Positions 35,841-43,871 of a stretch of DNA of 45,953 nucleotides are shown here, one piece after another. The stretch lies in IMG/VR virus record IMGVR_UViG_3300030117_007041, positions 1 through 45,953 of that record, one strand, 5' to 3'. The notes under the pieces are model-generated. The model did no database searches, had not been told where the DNA came from, and saw only the letters and a list, made by a program, of their open reading frames with translations. This stretch comes from a virus. Its lineage: Duplodnaviria > Caudoviricetes. The position numbers and the translations under genes are program-made. Position 1 is the first letter of the stretch; every line of letters starts with the position of its first letter.

Positions 35841-36518
35841 GTGGGATATACACATTATTGGAAAAATAAACCATCGTTTAGCAAGCACAGTGTTGCTTGG
35901 AATAACTTTATTAAAGATGCTGAGGACATCTTGCTCGTAACTGAGTCTCTTCAGTTGGTTCGTGCGGAGTTTGACCAACTTGACATGATTCCCGAGGTAG
36001 GAGAAAACCGAATAAAATTTAACGGAATAGGCGAAGATGGGCATGAGACGTTCATAATAAACAGAGAAGACGATGAAGATTTTGAATTTTGCAAAACCGC
36101 AAGAAAACCATATGACAAGATTGTAACTGCCATACTTGCGCTAGCAAAGCATCACTTAGTCATACCCAATATTTCATCAGATGGCACCTCAAACGATTGG
36201 GATGAAGGGGTTGACTATGCTAGTAAAATTCTTAATAAAAATATCAAACATCCATTTAACCCTCAATATAAACACAAAAACACAACAGGAGAAAGCATGA
36301 CACTACATGAAATACCTTTAAGCGAAACAACAAAAATCCTTGTAACCAAGGACACAATAAACGAAAAGACCTTTGGTCAGATTCGTGTATGGACAAAGCC
36401 GAAGGACAAAGAGGATTACATACCCACAAAAAAAGGCATAGCGTTTGACCTGTCTAAAACAGGCGCTATTGTTGCAGGTCTTCTGACTCTCGAAGACCAA
36501 GAAGGTGTAAAAGCCTAA
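35841..36518 (+). CDS. MGYTHYW-family protein fused in frame to a PC4-like domain
   Basis: N-terminal GYTHYW...FNG...HETF...FCKTARKPYD...SSDG...W; C-terminal IRVW...YIPTKKGIAF. Confidence 0.7.
   Translation: MGYTHYWKNKPSFSKHSVAWNNFIKDAEDILLVTESLQLVRAEFDQLDMIPEVGENRIKFNGIGEDGHETFIINREDDEDFEFCKTARKPYDKIVTAILALAKHHLVIPNISSDGTSNDWDEGVDYASKILNKNIKHPFNPQYKHKNTTGESMTLHEIPLSETTKILVTKDTINEKTFGQIRVWTKPKDKEDYIPTKKGIAFDLSKTGAIVAGLLTLEDQEGVKA
36297..36518 (+). CDS. PC4-like ssDNA-binding protein from an internal start
   Basis: AGGAG-6 nt-ATG at 36297, in frame; 73 aa with the PC4/YdbC-like motif. Confidence 0.65.
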   Translation: MTLHEIPLSETTKILVTKDTINEKTFGQIRVWTKPKDKEDYIPTKKGIAFDLSKTGAIVAGLLTLEDQEGVKA

Positions 36519-36534
36519 GCTAGCACACCACGAA

Positions 36535-36568
36535 GGGGGCGGTTTTCATGGTTCCGCCCCCGAGTTTT
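36535..36568 (+). terminator. Probable intrinsic terminator
   Basis: GGGGGCGG/CCGCCCCC stem, then GAGTTTT. Confidence 0.6.
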
Positions 36569-36592
36569 AAATAAATAATAAAGGAGCAAATT

Positions 36593-36856
36593 TTGACAAA
36601 ATTAAACATAAGAACCAAAGACGAAATAATTATAAAGCTTGTTAGTAAGCTAGAAGAAAAACACAGGAGCGTTAGCACTGAGTCTCGGGCGGTAAATCAT
36701 GGTTGGGTGTTGGCGCTAGAATGGGTGTGTGGCATGATTGATACCATTGCAGGCGGTAAGGAAAAATCTGAAAAAGGGTGGAGCGTAGTTGAGGAAATAG
36801 TAGATAATGTACAAAGAAGAGTGGAAGAAAAAGTTGATGGAGATGAAAAAGAATGA
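36593..36856 (+). CDS. Hypothetical protein
   Basis: 87 aa; AAGGAG plus TTG start; GWVLALEWV motif. Confidence 0.65.
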   Translation: MTKLNIRTKDEIIIKLVSKLEEKHRSVSTESRAVNHGWVLALEWVCGMIDTIAGGKEKSEKGWSVVEEIVDNVQRRVEEKVDGDEKE

Positions 36857-37119
36857 GCGAATTAATAACGTATAACGGAAACTTTAATAATAAAAACTCA
36901 ATCGCGCTTATATGGCATATTGATGATGTTAAGTTTACACTAAAAGATATGCAAGAGCGTGAATGGTTTAAAAAGAAATACGGAAAATCTATTGAATTAA
37001 CAGACGAAGATTGCATGGATATACTTGTCGAGATTAAAGACAACCACGATGCTAGCTTGGGAGTTTGCTGGGAAACAATAGAGCATTACATTGATAGATT
37101 CCTAGAAGAGAATAAATAA
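36853..37119 (+). CDS. Hypothetical protein
   Basis: 88 aa; W.IDDV...LTDEDC..IL...HDASLGVCWETI, a pattern common in phage early genes. Confidence 0.7.
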   Translation: MSELITYNGNFNNKNSIALIWHIDDVKFTLKDMQEREWFKKKYGKSIELTDEDCMDILVEIKDNHDASLGVCWETIEHYIDRFLEENK

Positions 37120-37131
37120 AAAGGAGATGTT

Positions 37132-37335
37132 GTGGAAAAAATAAAAGAACATATTAACAAGATGTTACACTCAATACAAAACGACCTAGATAATGACTAC
37201 GCGGATGGTAAATCTTTTGATACAGATTCTTGGGAAACAAATAACGACGGAGAAATAATATCATATGACGTAGGCTATATGAACGCTATGAAATACATTC
37301 TTAAAAATATAGATTCTTGGAAAACAAAAAAGTGA
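37132..37335 (+). CDS. Hypothetical protein
   Basis: 67 aa; AAGGAG plus GTG start. Confidence 0.6.
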   Translation: MEKIKEHINKMLHSIQNDLDNDYADGKSFDTDSWETNNDGEIISYDVGYMNAMKYILKNIDSWKTKK

Positions 37336-37344
37336 GGATAAAAA

Positions 37345-37524
37345 ATGAAAAAGTATAAATACATGTTACGAGTAAAAGCTTATTATCTATACGAAATAGA
37401 AGCAGATAGCGAAAGAGAAGCTATGGATATATTTAAAGAAGATAATAGCATAGATGTATCAAAAATCATAATGGAAGACTATGATAAAGCTCATTGTCTC
37501 ACGAGGGAGAAAAACAAAAAGTGA
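37345..37524 (+). CDS. 59-aa hypothetical protein
   Basis: Not in the ORF track; GAGGA RBS; MKKYKYMLRVKAYYLYEIEADSEREAM... Confidence 0.6.
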   Translation: MKKYKYMLRVKAYYLYEIEADSEREAMDIFKEDNSIDVSKIIMEDYDKAHCLTREKNKK

Positions 37525-37700
37525 AATGTAATATATGTAATAAGTATAAAGCGAAAATAAAAGACTATCGATTTATTGATAGCGTCGGTCTTCAAGGTAG
37601 CGTGCTAGCTTGTAAATTTTGCTTTAATTTAAACGACGTCGCTATTGTGGATATAAAAAAGAATAGCTTAGACCCAAAAGTATTTTTTAAGGAGAAATAA
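37521..37700 (+). CDS. Small zinc-finger protein
   Basis: GTGA-coupled start within track ORF 37494..37700; CNIC...CKFC. Confidence 0.6.
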   Translation: MKCNICNKYKAKIKDYRFIDSVGLQGSVLACKFCFNLNDVAIVDIKKNSLDPKVFFKEK

Positions 37701-37702
37701 AA

Positions 37703-38224
37703 ATGAAAAATGGATTTATAGAAATTGCCAATAAAACATTGCTTGGCAGGAAGATTTCTAGCATAAAATATATGTCAACTGAAGAGGCAGTGGATTTTGG
37801 GTGGTACAAGCGCCCAATGGTAATTGTTCTTGATGATGGTACGGAAATATACCCACAGATGGATGAAGAAGGTAATGAGGGAGGCGCGCTAGCGCTTTAT
37901 AATGCCGACAAAGAAGGTCAATCTATGTTTAGCGTTATGCCAACCCTCACCCTTGGAGAAAGCGAGGTTGATTATAAAATGGAAATATTCACAGACAAAG
38001 AACCTACGCTAGAAACTCTTCAAAGCAGTGTCGGCGGTCATATACAGGTGGTAACCTCTAAAGATGGAAAGGCGGATATTGTCATGGATGAAGATGGTAA
38101 GAACAAAGGCAAGGGTATCAATTATCTTGCTACTGAAATGTGGAAAGGTGTTGACAGGAATAAGTGGGATGATGTAATTGTGGGCGATGTTGCCGTATGT
38201 ATGAAAAAGGCTAGACTTACTTAA
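37703..38224 (+). CDS. Two-domain protein with C-terminal DUF3846-like domain
   Basis: PTLETLQSSVGGHIQVV...MDEDGK...IN..AT...IVGDV at the C-terminus. Confidence 0.7.
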   Translation: MKNGFIEIANKTLLGRKISSIKYMSTEEAVDFGWYKRPMVIVLDDGTEIYPQMDEEGNEGGALALYNADKEGQSMFSVMPTLTLGESEVDYKMEIFTDKEPTLETLQSSVGGHIQVVTSKDGKADIVMDEDGKNKGKGINYLATEMWKGVDRNKWDDVIVGDVAVCMKKARLT

Positions 38225-38226
38225 TA

Positions 38227-38261
38227 TAAAAAAGAAAGGGGAGTTAGCACGCTCCCCTTTC
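38227..38261. terminator. Terminator between the converging blocks
   Basis: GAAAGGGGAG/CTCCCCTTTC stem; the upstream A run gives a U tract on the minus strand. Confidence 0.75.
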
Positions 38262-38345
38262 ACAACCAACAACTACCACTTAGATATAGAGAGAAGAACC
38301 ATAAAAAGAGTGGGTTGTTACTTAATAAGTTAAGTATTTACACGC

Positions 38346-38705
38346 TTAACTCGCTAATACATTTTTAATATCGTTTAACGTAGGATATATTTTATTATCC
38401 GCATCATCTTTTGAAAGTATATATTTTTTTGAACTTTCTTTTTCTTTATTCCATTCTTCTTTTCTATCCATAACACCTAAAGGAGAAAATTTATAACTAA
38501 TATTCGCAGGCACATCATTCCAATGGCGTAGTTCTAGTGCAAGTTTTTCTATCTCTTTAAACGCCTTTCCCTTCCCTATAGTTCCTTTTCTAGCATGTTT
38601 TGATATTGATATTATCCCATCTGTGATTTGATACACTTTACTCGCGCTATTTTTCAAATGCGCGCCAAGATGGTCTCTTTGTTCTTTGTAATCTTCTTTA
38701 AGCAT
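38346..38705 (-). CDS. Hypothetical protein
   Basis: Track ORF 38346..38711; likely ATG at 38705. Confidence 0.65.
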   Translation of the reverse strand: MLKEDYKEQRDHLGAHLKNSASKVYQITDGIISISKHARKGTIGKGKAFKEIEKLALELRHWNDVPANISYKFSPLGVMDRKEEWNKEKESSKKYILSKDDADNKIYPTLNDIKNVLAS

Positions 38706-38835
38706 CGTCAATTTTCCTTTCTATTCTATGCAGTCTCCATAGTTGACTGAGTTGCAAAGCTAGCATCATCAACATCGTAAACTCCCAGTAAGGGAAATAC
38801 TCCACGCTAAATAAAACTTCCCAGTAGTGTCTCAT
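38698..38835 (-). CDS. 45-aa hydrophobic peptide
   Basis: Not in the ORF track; AAGGAG RBS; MRHYWEVLFSVEYFPYWEFTMLMMLALQLSQLWRLHRIERKIDDA. Confidence 0.6.
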   Translation of the reverse strand: MRHYWEVLFSVEYFPYWEFTMLMMLALQLSQLWRLHRIERKIDDA

Positions 38836-38857
38836 TTGGTTTCTCCTTTTATTTTAC

Positions 38858-39100
38858 CTATGAATATTCCGCTTCTGCTAATAGTATTTGACTAATATTT
38901 CCAACAACTCTCAATGACCTTTGTCTACCTAATTCATCAGCCTTTACTCTTAAGCACCAAGCGGAAAAATACTGCGGTTTTCTACCAAAATTCCCAGTTA
39001 TTTCTAAACTACCATTAATTTCATACCATTCATTGTCTGCTAGATATATATAGTTTATATCCTTAACTGGAACTCCAAATAATTCTTCTATTTGATTCAT
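38858..39100 (-). CDS. Hypothetical protein
   Basis: 80 aa; ATGA coupling. Confidence 0.6.
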   Translation of the reverse strand: MNQIEELFGVPVKDINYIYLADNEWYEINGSLEITGNFGRKPQYFSAWCLRVKADELGRQRSLRVVGNISQILLAEAEYS

Positions 39101-39225
39101 CCTATATCCTTTGAGTGCTTAGAGGCGGGTGCTAGAAAACGAAGTAGACCTTTTCTTATTTTTGTAAAAAATAAGTCCTCTTTGCCTTTAAAGTTATTTG
39201 GTATATTTTTCTTTTTTCTAGGCAT
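39097..39225 (-). CDS. 42-aa basic peptide
   Basis: Not in the ORF track; GGAGG RBS; MPRKKKNIPNNFKGKEDLFFTKIRKGLLRFLAPASKHSKDIG. Confidence 0.6.
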   Translation of the reverse strand: MPRKKKNIPNNFKGKEDLFFTKIRKGLLRFLAPASKHSKDIG

Positions 39226-39370
39226 CGTCGCCTCCTATTATCTGTTTAATGTATTTTTTATAAAGCTCAAGCAACATAAGAATCATAAATAACCCTAAGC
39301 ACCAAACCACAATCGTGGAACCTAATAAAAATAGGTTAATTATCCAATCTGCTAAGTCCATTACTATCAT
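39218..39370 (-). CDS. Small membrane protein
   Basis: Likely start MIVMDLADW after GGGAG; one long hydrophobic segment. Confidence 0.6.
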   Translation of the reverse strand: MIVMDLADWIINLFLLGSTIVVWCLGLFMILMLLELYKKYIKQIIGGDDA

Positions 39371-39395
39371 AATTACTCCCTTATTTTTAATTAAA

Positions 39396-39471
39396 GGCGC
39401 ACATGGGAGATTGCTGATGCGGAGCAACTAGGTTTTTTGTAGTTGTGAGTAACCTAGGAGACATGCGCGCC
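39396..39471 (-). ncRNA. Possible three-way-junction RNA element
   Basis: 10-bp closing stem enclosing two hairpins (CTAGGTT/AACCTAG and TTGCT/AGCAA). Confidence 0.35.
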
Positions 39472-39666
39472 TTGATTATTTTTGCAAATTGAACATACTT
39501 GTCTTTCTTTCTTATATGTTGGAAAGTCTTTATAGTGTATAACATTTCCAATAAAGTCCATTTCCCAACATCTTTTACACTTTTTGCAAAATTTTATATT
39601 CTTGTCTGTTTTTTTACCGTCAAAATAATTATGCCTTTTATTTTTTCTTTTAGGGGCGCTTGTCAT
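39454..39666 (-). CDS. Small zinc-finger protein
   Basis: CKKC..CWE...YKDFPTY...CSIC. Confidence 0.65.
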   Translation of the reverse strand: MTSAPKRKNKRHNYFDGKKTDKNIKFCKKCKRCWEMDFIGNVIHYKDFPTYKKERQVCSICKNNQGAHVS

Positions 39667-39769
39667 TCTTTCTTCTTAAAACCTTCTTTTCAAAAAGACA
39701 AACAAAAAAAGAAGTTAAACAACGAAAATAATATCGTTGGCGCCAACCTACGATTAACATTTATCATTA

Positions 39770-40786
39770 TTAATGCGCCCCTAAAGATGTTACAAGATTT
39801 TTAAATGTTTTATCGAATTTTTCCTTTTCTAGCTTTGATGATTTTTCATCTGAGCTGGCGTCATTCACAGCATCGTCGACAGCAACTGAGCTAGCATCTT
39901 TACTCGCTGCACCTGAAACTTTAGTTTCAGGTTGCAGTTTGCTGGTTGTATTTTTATTAATAGCAATTTGTTGCATCACCATATTTTTGGACTCATAATA
40001 TCCATCGCCACACTCACATAGTTTATCAGCAGTTTTTAACTCTACTTCGGTTGTTTTTTCTTTTCCGCACTCTATACACATCCAATCATATGATTTTTTT
40101 ATGGATAGATTCTGTATAACCTTTGAACTGCTTATAAGCTCATCATCATATCTTTCTTGATTAAGCCATGTGCTAGCCATTGGTATGAATTCTGACTCAG
40201 TTCCTGCTTGTTTCCATTGCTTAATGTAAGCCTTTAAGCCATTAATTATATTGCTTTTATCAACCCCGCCATTTCTAAGCTTAACATACTTGTCTTTAGC
40301 TCTTTTTTTATTATCTCTTCTAGGATATATTGCCCAAAAATCACTTTCAAATTCATCTTCATAAACCTTTTCTTTAACTGCTTTACTTTTATTTACTTTA
40401 TTTTCAACTTCTTTATTGGATGGCTTTGCCATAGCTTTGCCATTCCACCTAGCATTAGCGCCCTTTTTCCCATTATTACTCATTCTCTCCCTGTAACTAA
40501 TCAAGTTACTTCTTTCAGCCTCTAGCCTTTTATTATAAAGCCTACCGCCGTCCTCATAAAAGCAATTCTTAACTACATTCCAATCGCTATTGAAATTCGG
40601 GTGTTTTCCGCATAATATATTTAAATGCCTTGTGTCCGTCGGTAAACTGCCCTCAATCCATTCGTGTGCTAGCAAAGTTATATATATTCCACGCTGCGCC
40701 ATCGTCATTATCTGCACATCTATATCAGATAAAAAATCTCCTGCATAAAATTGGAATGCGGGAGCTTTGTTCATTTTGTTTTGCAT
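39770..40786 (-). CDS. Replication initiator (YdaU/DUF1376-like, lambda O analogue) with C-terminal Zn ribbon
   Basis: PAFQFYAGDFL...RGIYITLL...LYNKRL...GKKGANARW; FWAIYPRR..K..A...FIPMASTWLNQERYDDE; CIEC/CEC. Confidence 0.85.
   Translation of the reverse strand: MQNKMNKAPAFQFYAGDFLSDIDVQIMTMAQRGIYITLLAHEWIEGSLPTDTRHLNILCGKHPNFNSDWNVVKNCFYEDGGRLYNKRLEAERSNLISYRERMSNNGKKGANARWNGKAMAKPSNKEVENKVNKSKAVKEKVYEDEFESDFWAIYPRRDNKKRAKDKYVKLRNGGVDKSNIINGLKAYIKQWKQAGTESEFIPMASTWLNQERYDDELISSSKVIQNLSIKKSYDWMCIECGKEKTTEVELKTADKLCECGDGYYESKNMVMQQIAINKNTTSKLQPETKVSGAASKDASSVAVDDAVNDASSDEKSSKLEKEKFDKTFKNLVTSLGAH
40420..40443. repeat. Two overlapping ATRGC-N3-GCYAT iterons within the initiator gene
   Basis: ATGGCTTTGCCAT and ATAGCTTTGCCAT in the inter-domain linker. 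Confidence 0.7.
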
Positions 40787-40978
40787 CTATTCTCCTTTGT
40801 TTACTATGTCTTCTCTTTTTACAGAAAAATGCTCTGTTCTTGGAAATTTTTTTGTAATAAATATATTATCTCCGCTAATAGAGGATATTTCTCCACTCAC
40901 ATATGTAGCATCACCATCTCTGTTAATGGTTTTTGCGGTAACTATATCGCCTAATTTAAAGTCTTTCTTTAATTGCAT
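40787..40978 (-). CDS. Small SH3/KOW-like protein
   Basis: 63 aa; FKLGDIV...GEISSI pattern. Confidence 0.5.
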   Translation of the reverse strand: MQLKKDFKLGDIVTAKTINRDGDATYVSGEISSISGDNIFITKKFPRTEHFSVKREDIVNKGE

Positions 40979-41390
40979 CTTCTATTTCATTATATCTTTC
41001 ATTGTAAATTCTAATTTCGTCTTTATTTCTATCATCTTCGCTATCTTTGTACTCACTAGAGTTTTCCAATAATGCGTCTCTATCTGATATTAAATCTACA
41101 AACTCCTTATAGGGTAGTATTGCATATATTTCACCCCTATCTTCTTTAACTACTTGCAAATCAACAACGCTTGGGTCGGGTTTTATCCAACTTGCTATTT
41201 TTTTTCTTACCTTGCACTGTATTCGCCATTTTTTTAATCTTGAATCAATAATAACATCCACTTCTTTATTCTCTCCTAGCGCCCTACCATCACTTCCGTA
41301 CGCTCGCTCTGAATACAGACCGTATTCTTTTGTTAGGTTCACAACCTCACGTTCAAACCTATTTCCTTTTTGCTTGCTCCTACTTGGCAT
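40956..41390 (-). CDS. Holliday junction resolvase-like PD-(D/E)XK nuclease (Hjc type)
   Basis: SKQKGNRFEREVV...EVDVII...IQCKVRK. Confidence 0.75.
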   Translation of the reverse strand: MPSRSKQKGNRFEREVVNLTKEYGLYSERAYGSDGRALGENKEVDVIIDSRLKKWRIQCKVRKKIASWIKPDPSVVDLQVVKEDRGEIYAILPYKEFVDLISDRDALLENSSEYKDSEDDRNKDEIRIYNERYNEIEDAIKERL

Positions 41391-41406
41391 ATTTACTCGC
41401 AAGAGA

Positions 41407-41450
41407 GGGGGGTAGGCGAAACAGGATGATATAATAAAGACCTACCCCCC
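41407..41450 (-). terminator. GC-rich hairpin (possible terminator or processing site)
   Basis: GGGGGGTAGG/CCTACCCCCC 10-bp stem, 24-nt loop; weak U tract. Confidence 0.4.
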
Positions 41451-41465
41451 ATTGGAGACATCAAA

Positions 41466-41744
41466 TTAGTTAAGAGAAAGCTCATAATTACCGCCAATAT
41501 CAACATTGTCCAAGAGTGTGTACAATGCATAATTAGAGGTTTTTCCTGTTGTGCTACTTTTATGGGTTTTCATTGTGGTTGTTATATGATAACCTTCTTT
41601 TTTTAGCCTATGTATCACATCAGAAAGCCTAGTTATCCTATATTTTGTTATAGCATTCCATGAGCTAATCTTTTTATTTTCTTTTAAGTGCCTAAGCACA
41701 ACGTCTTTTTGGGTTATTTTTTTAGAATGGCAAATCATCGTCAT
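41466..41744 (-). CDS. Winged-helix HTH protein (HTH_39-like)
   Basis: TQKDVVLRHLK...ISSWNA...ITRLSDVIHRLKKEGYHI; start uncertain. Confidence 0.75.
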   Translation of the reverse strand: MTMICHSKKITQKDVVLRHLKENKKISSWNAITKYRITRLSDVIHRLKKEGYHITTTMKTHKSSTTGKTSNYALYTLLDNVDIGGNYELSLN

Positions 41745-42558
41745 CGTCTCCTGCTATTTTCTTGCCAAATTCCTTCATTAACTCCTCACCTTCCTGTACT
41801 TGGTCTTCTTGCTTGGGTGTAAGCTCATCATTGCTCAGTAAACTCTGTTGATTTGTTTCTGAGCTAGCACCACCAGAATTATCAGTTGTCTGGGTAGGTT
41901 GTTCCGATTCCGACTTTACCGCTTTTTCTGCCATACGAGAAACAAGTTCTGCATTAGCCATAGTTCTCCAATTAGGATTGTCGCTCTTTTCAATAATCCA
42001 GCCTATGTAATCTTCGGGTACATCTCTCCAAGGAGTTCCTTTATATTTGCCAAAAGGTATTCCTGTGTTTCTTGATTCTTCGTTCCACTCATCTGAAGCT
42101 TGTTTTATTTCTTCGTTTGGCTTTTTACTGACCGAGGGGGTAGGGATAATTGTTTTATGCTCTCTATTGTCCATGCTATCAGCATCTTGTGTGTCATCAA
42201 TAGCGAACAATCCATTTAATGCATATTTTCTAGCATAAGAAGATGTAGCACCTGTTATTTGGCTATCGTCCATCCCTTTCTTTTGAACAGACTCCCTTGC
42301 CCATCCTGTGGTAACTATTGATTCGTTACCGTCGCTAAACGTAGCGGTTGCCTTAATATAGTTAAATTCATTTATACATATTATTTCATCGCTAACCGTT
42401 ACAAAGCACCCATTTTCCTTTAGTAAAGGTTTTAACCCTTCAAATATATCGGAAAGATTTCTGTAATTATAGCTACCAAATTCGTTTCGATGCCCCTTAC
42501 CGACCTTTAGTCGCGTCTGAACATCATTCAGTTTTTCGATTATGTTTTTTTGTTTCAC
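41722..42558 (-). CDS. erf: ERF-family single-strand annealing protein
   Basis: YNYRNLSDI...KPLL...GWARE...KGMDDSQITGATSSYARKYALNGLFAIDD; extra PFGKYKG...VPEDYIGW motif; DDDDLPF tail. Confidence 0.9.
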   Translation of the reverse strand: MKQKNIIEKLNDVQTRLKVGKGHRNEFGSYNYRNLSDIFEGLKPLLKENGCFVTVSDEIICINEFNYIKATATFSDGNESIVTTGWARESVQKKGMDDSQITGATSSYARKYALNGLFAIDDTQDADSMDNREHKTIIPTPSVSKKPNEEIKQASDEWNEESRNTGIPFGKYKGTPWRDVPEDYIGWIIEKSDNPNWRTMANAELVSRMAEKAVKSESEQPTQTTDNSGGASSETNQQSLLSNDELTPKQEDQVQEGEELMKEFGKKIAGDDDDDLPF

Positions 42559-43055
42559 TTTATCTCCTTGTTGTTGGTTGTTTTGTAGGAAAAGGTCGTA
42601 TCCGTTGTTTCTGTGTACCCCATAGGCACATCTCCGCTAGTGCTTATGTATTTTAGTATCTCTTTTTTATCTGGCTTTTCCGTAACTCTTGTTGGAATGT
42701 TGTTGTCATAGCAAAATTTTATAAGTTCTTTTTCATCTCCAAATTCCCTACTTGTTCTAGTGGTCATCTTCAATGTTCCATTGGGCATCTTTAAGGTTTT
42801 TTTGCCTGTTTTTTGTAACTCACTCTGCATAAAGCTTTCTAATAAGTTCCTTCTGTATGTTATCTGTTTATTAACGGACTCTATCCTTCGGTCATAGAAC
42901 TCTTTTGATTCTGCTTGTTTATATCTTATATCATGAATCTCATTCTCTAGTTGGCATATTTTCCATAATATTTGGTCTACATGAACGTCTAAGATGTCAG
43001 AATCTTCCATTTCCCCATGAAGCTCTTCTAATTTTATTTCTCTTTCATCACTCAT
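42555..43055 (-). CDS. Mu Gam / Gp157-like host-nuclease inhibitor
   Basis: Coiled coil, then KKTLKMPNGTL...KPDKKEI...G.VP.G; next to ERF. Confidence 0.7.
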   Translation of the reverse strand: MSDEREIKLEELHGEMEDSDILDVHVDQILWKICQLENEIHDIRYKQAESKEFYDRRIESVNKQITYRRNLLESFMQSELQKTGKKTLKMPNGTLKMTTRTSREFGDEKELIKFCYDNNIPTRVTEKPDKKEILKYISTSGDVPMGYTETTDTTFSYKTTNNKEIK

Positions 43056-43209
43056 CTTCCATTTTCTCCTTCATCAGTTTAAGCTCTTCTTCTAGGTATG
43101 TTAGCCTAGTCGCAATCTCAAGCATTATTTCTGTAAGTGATTTTGTAAAGTCAGCCAATGATGTGGTTATATTAGCTATTTCATCAAAAAGTTTACCTAT
43201 TGACCTCAT
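43048..43209 (-). CDS. 53-aa coiled-coil protein
   Basis: Not in the ORF track; GAGGAG RBS; MRSIGKLFDEIANITTSLADF...KEKMEDE. Confidence 0.6.
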   Translation of the reverse strand: MRSIGKLFDEIANITTSLADFTKSLTEIMLEIATRLTYLEEELKLMKEKMEDE

Positions 43210-43387
43210 TTGATTCTTCTCCTCTATTTATTAGGTGTTGATTGTTTTGTTGTGGTGCGATAACATTAAACCCTAAGTTTTCTGCCATTCTATATATTCT
43301 TGCATAAAACTCCCTAACGTCTTTTTCGGTTGTTTTATCCGTCCTCTCTATTCTCATCTTTAATAACTTATCATCAAACGTTTGCAT
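43193..43387 (-). CDS. Hypothetical protein
   Basis: 64 aa, overlapping neighbours. Confidence 0.6.
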   Translation of the reverse strand: MQTFDDKLLKMRIERTDKTTEKDVREFYARIYRMAENLGFNVIAPQQNNQHLINRGEESNEVNR

Positions 43388-43580
43388 TATGAACGCCCCT
43401 TACAACTACATGATTAAAGTATCCACATTTACTAGAATTTGCTATGCATTCTTTTCCCGCAAAATCACCATCAACCTTAATGGTTAGTTTTCCGTTTATG
43501 CGAGCAAACATTACACCTAGGCATTTGCCCCCATTATAGTTAGCACATTCTCTTCTTGCTAGTGTTTCTGCTTTTTTCAT
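43374..43580 (-). CDS. Cys-rich small protein (VLP-domain-like)
   Basis: ARRECANY..GKC...C....KCGYF...V pattern. Confidence 0.6.
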   Translation of the reverse strand: MKKAETLARRECANYNGGKCLGVMFARINGKLTIKVDGDFAGKECIANSSKCGYFNHVVVRGVHNANV

Positions 43581-43588
43581 TGCATCCT

Positions 43589-43634
43589 TTTAATTATTAG
43601 TTCTTTCACTAAAGTTACAGAACTAATAATTAAA
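43589..43634 (-). promoter_or_regulatory. GTGAA-loop hairpin, copy 5 (minus strand)
   Basis: 16-bp stem TTTAATTATTAGTTCT; minus-strand loop GTAACTTTAGTGAA. Confidence 0.75.
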
Positions 43635-43818
43635 GGTGTGCTAATGGCTTGTATTCGGTCTTAGAAATAAAATTTAGAAGCTCGGTCTTCATTATAATAA
43701 AATTTTTACCGTTTGGCTTGCTTGCCTTGAGCTTTCCTCTTTGTATATACTGCCTTATTGTACCTTTTGAAACCTTTAATTCTTCAGCGACTTGAGAAAC
43801 TGTTAAAAAATCTTGCAA
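43630..43818 (-). CDS. Excisionase/MerR-like HTH DNA-binding protein
   Basis: FLTVSQVAEELKVSKGTIRQYIQRGKLKASK; TTG start with AAGGGG. Confidence 0.8.
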   Translation of the reverse strand: MQDFLTVSQVAEELKVSKGTIRQYIQRGKLKASKPNGKNFIIMKTELLNFISKTEYKPLAHL

Positions 43819-43871
43819 TTTTGCCCCTTTTATTGTTGTTTTGTTTGTATATGTTTGTATGTGGTTGGGGT

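Noticed and set aside
30574-38272. Minus-strand ORFs within the early block (e.g. 32824..33414, 30574..30969, 36672..37043)
   Set aside because: Antisense to coherent plus-strand genes that have strong SD sites.
30984-43634. Hammerhead ribozyme or intrinsic terminator reading of the GTGAA hairpins
   Set aside because: No CUGANGA core with three stems; stems are AT-rich and lack U tracts.
43630-43818. Prophage excision module
   Set aside because: Xis-like HTH present, but no integrase, att site or flanking host genes.
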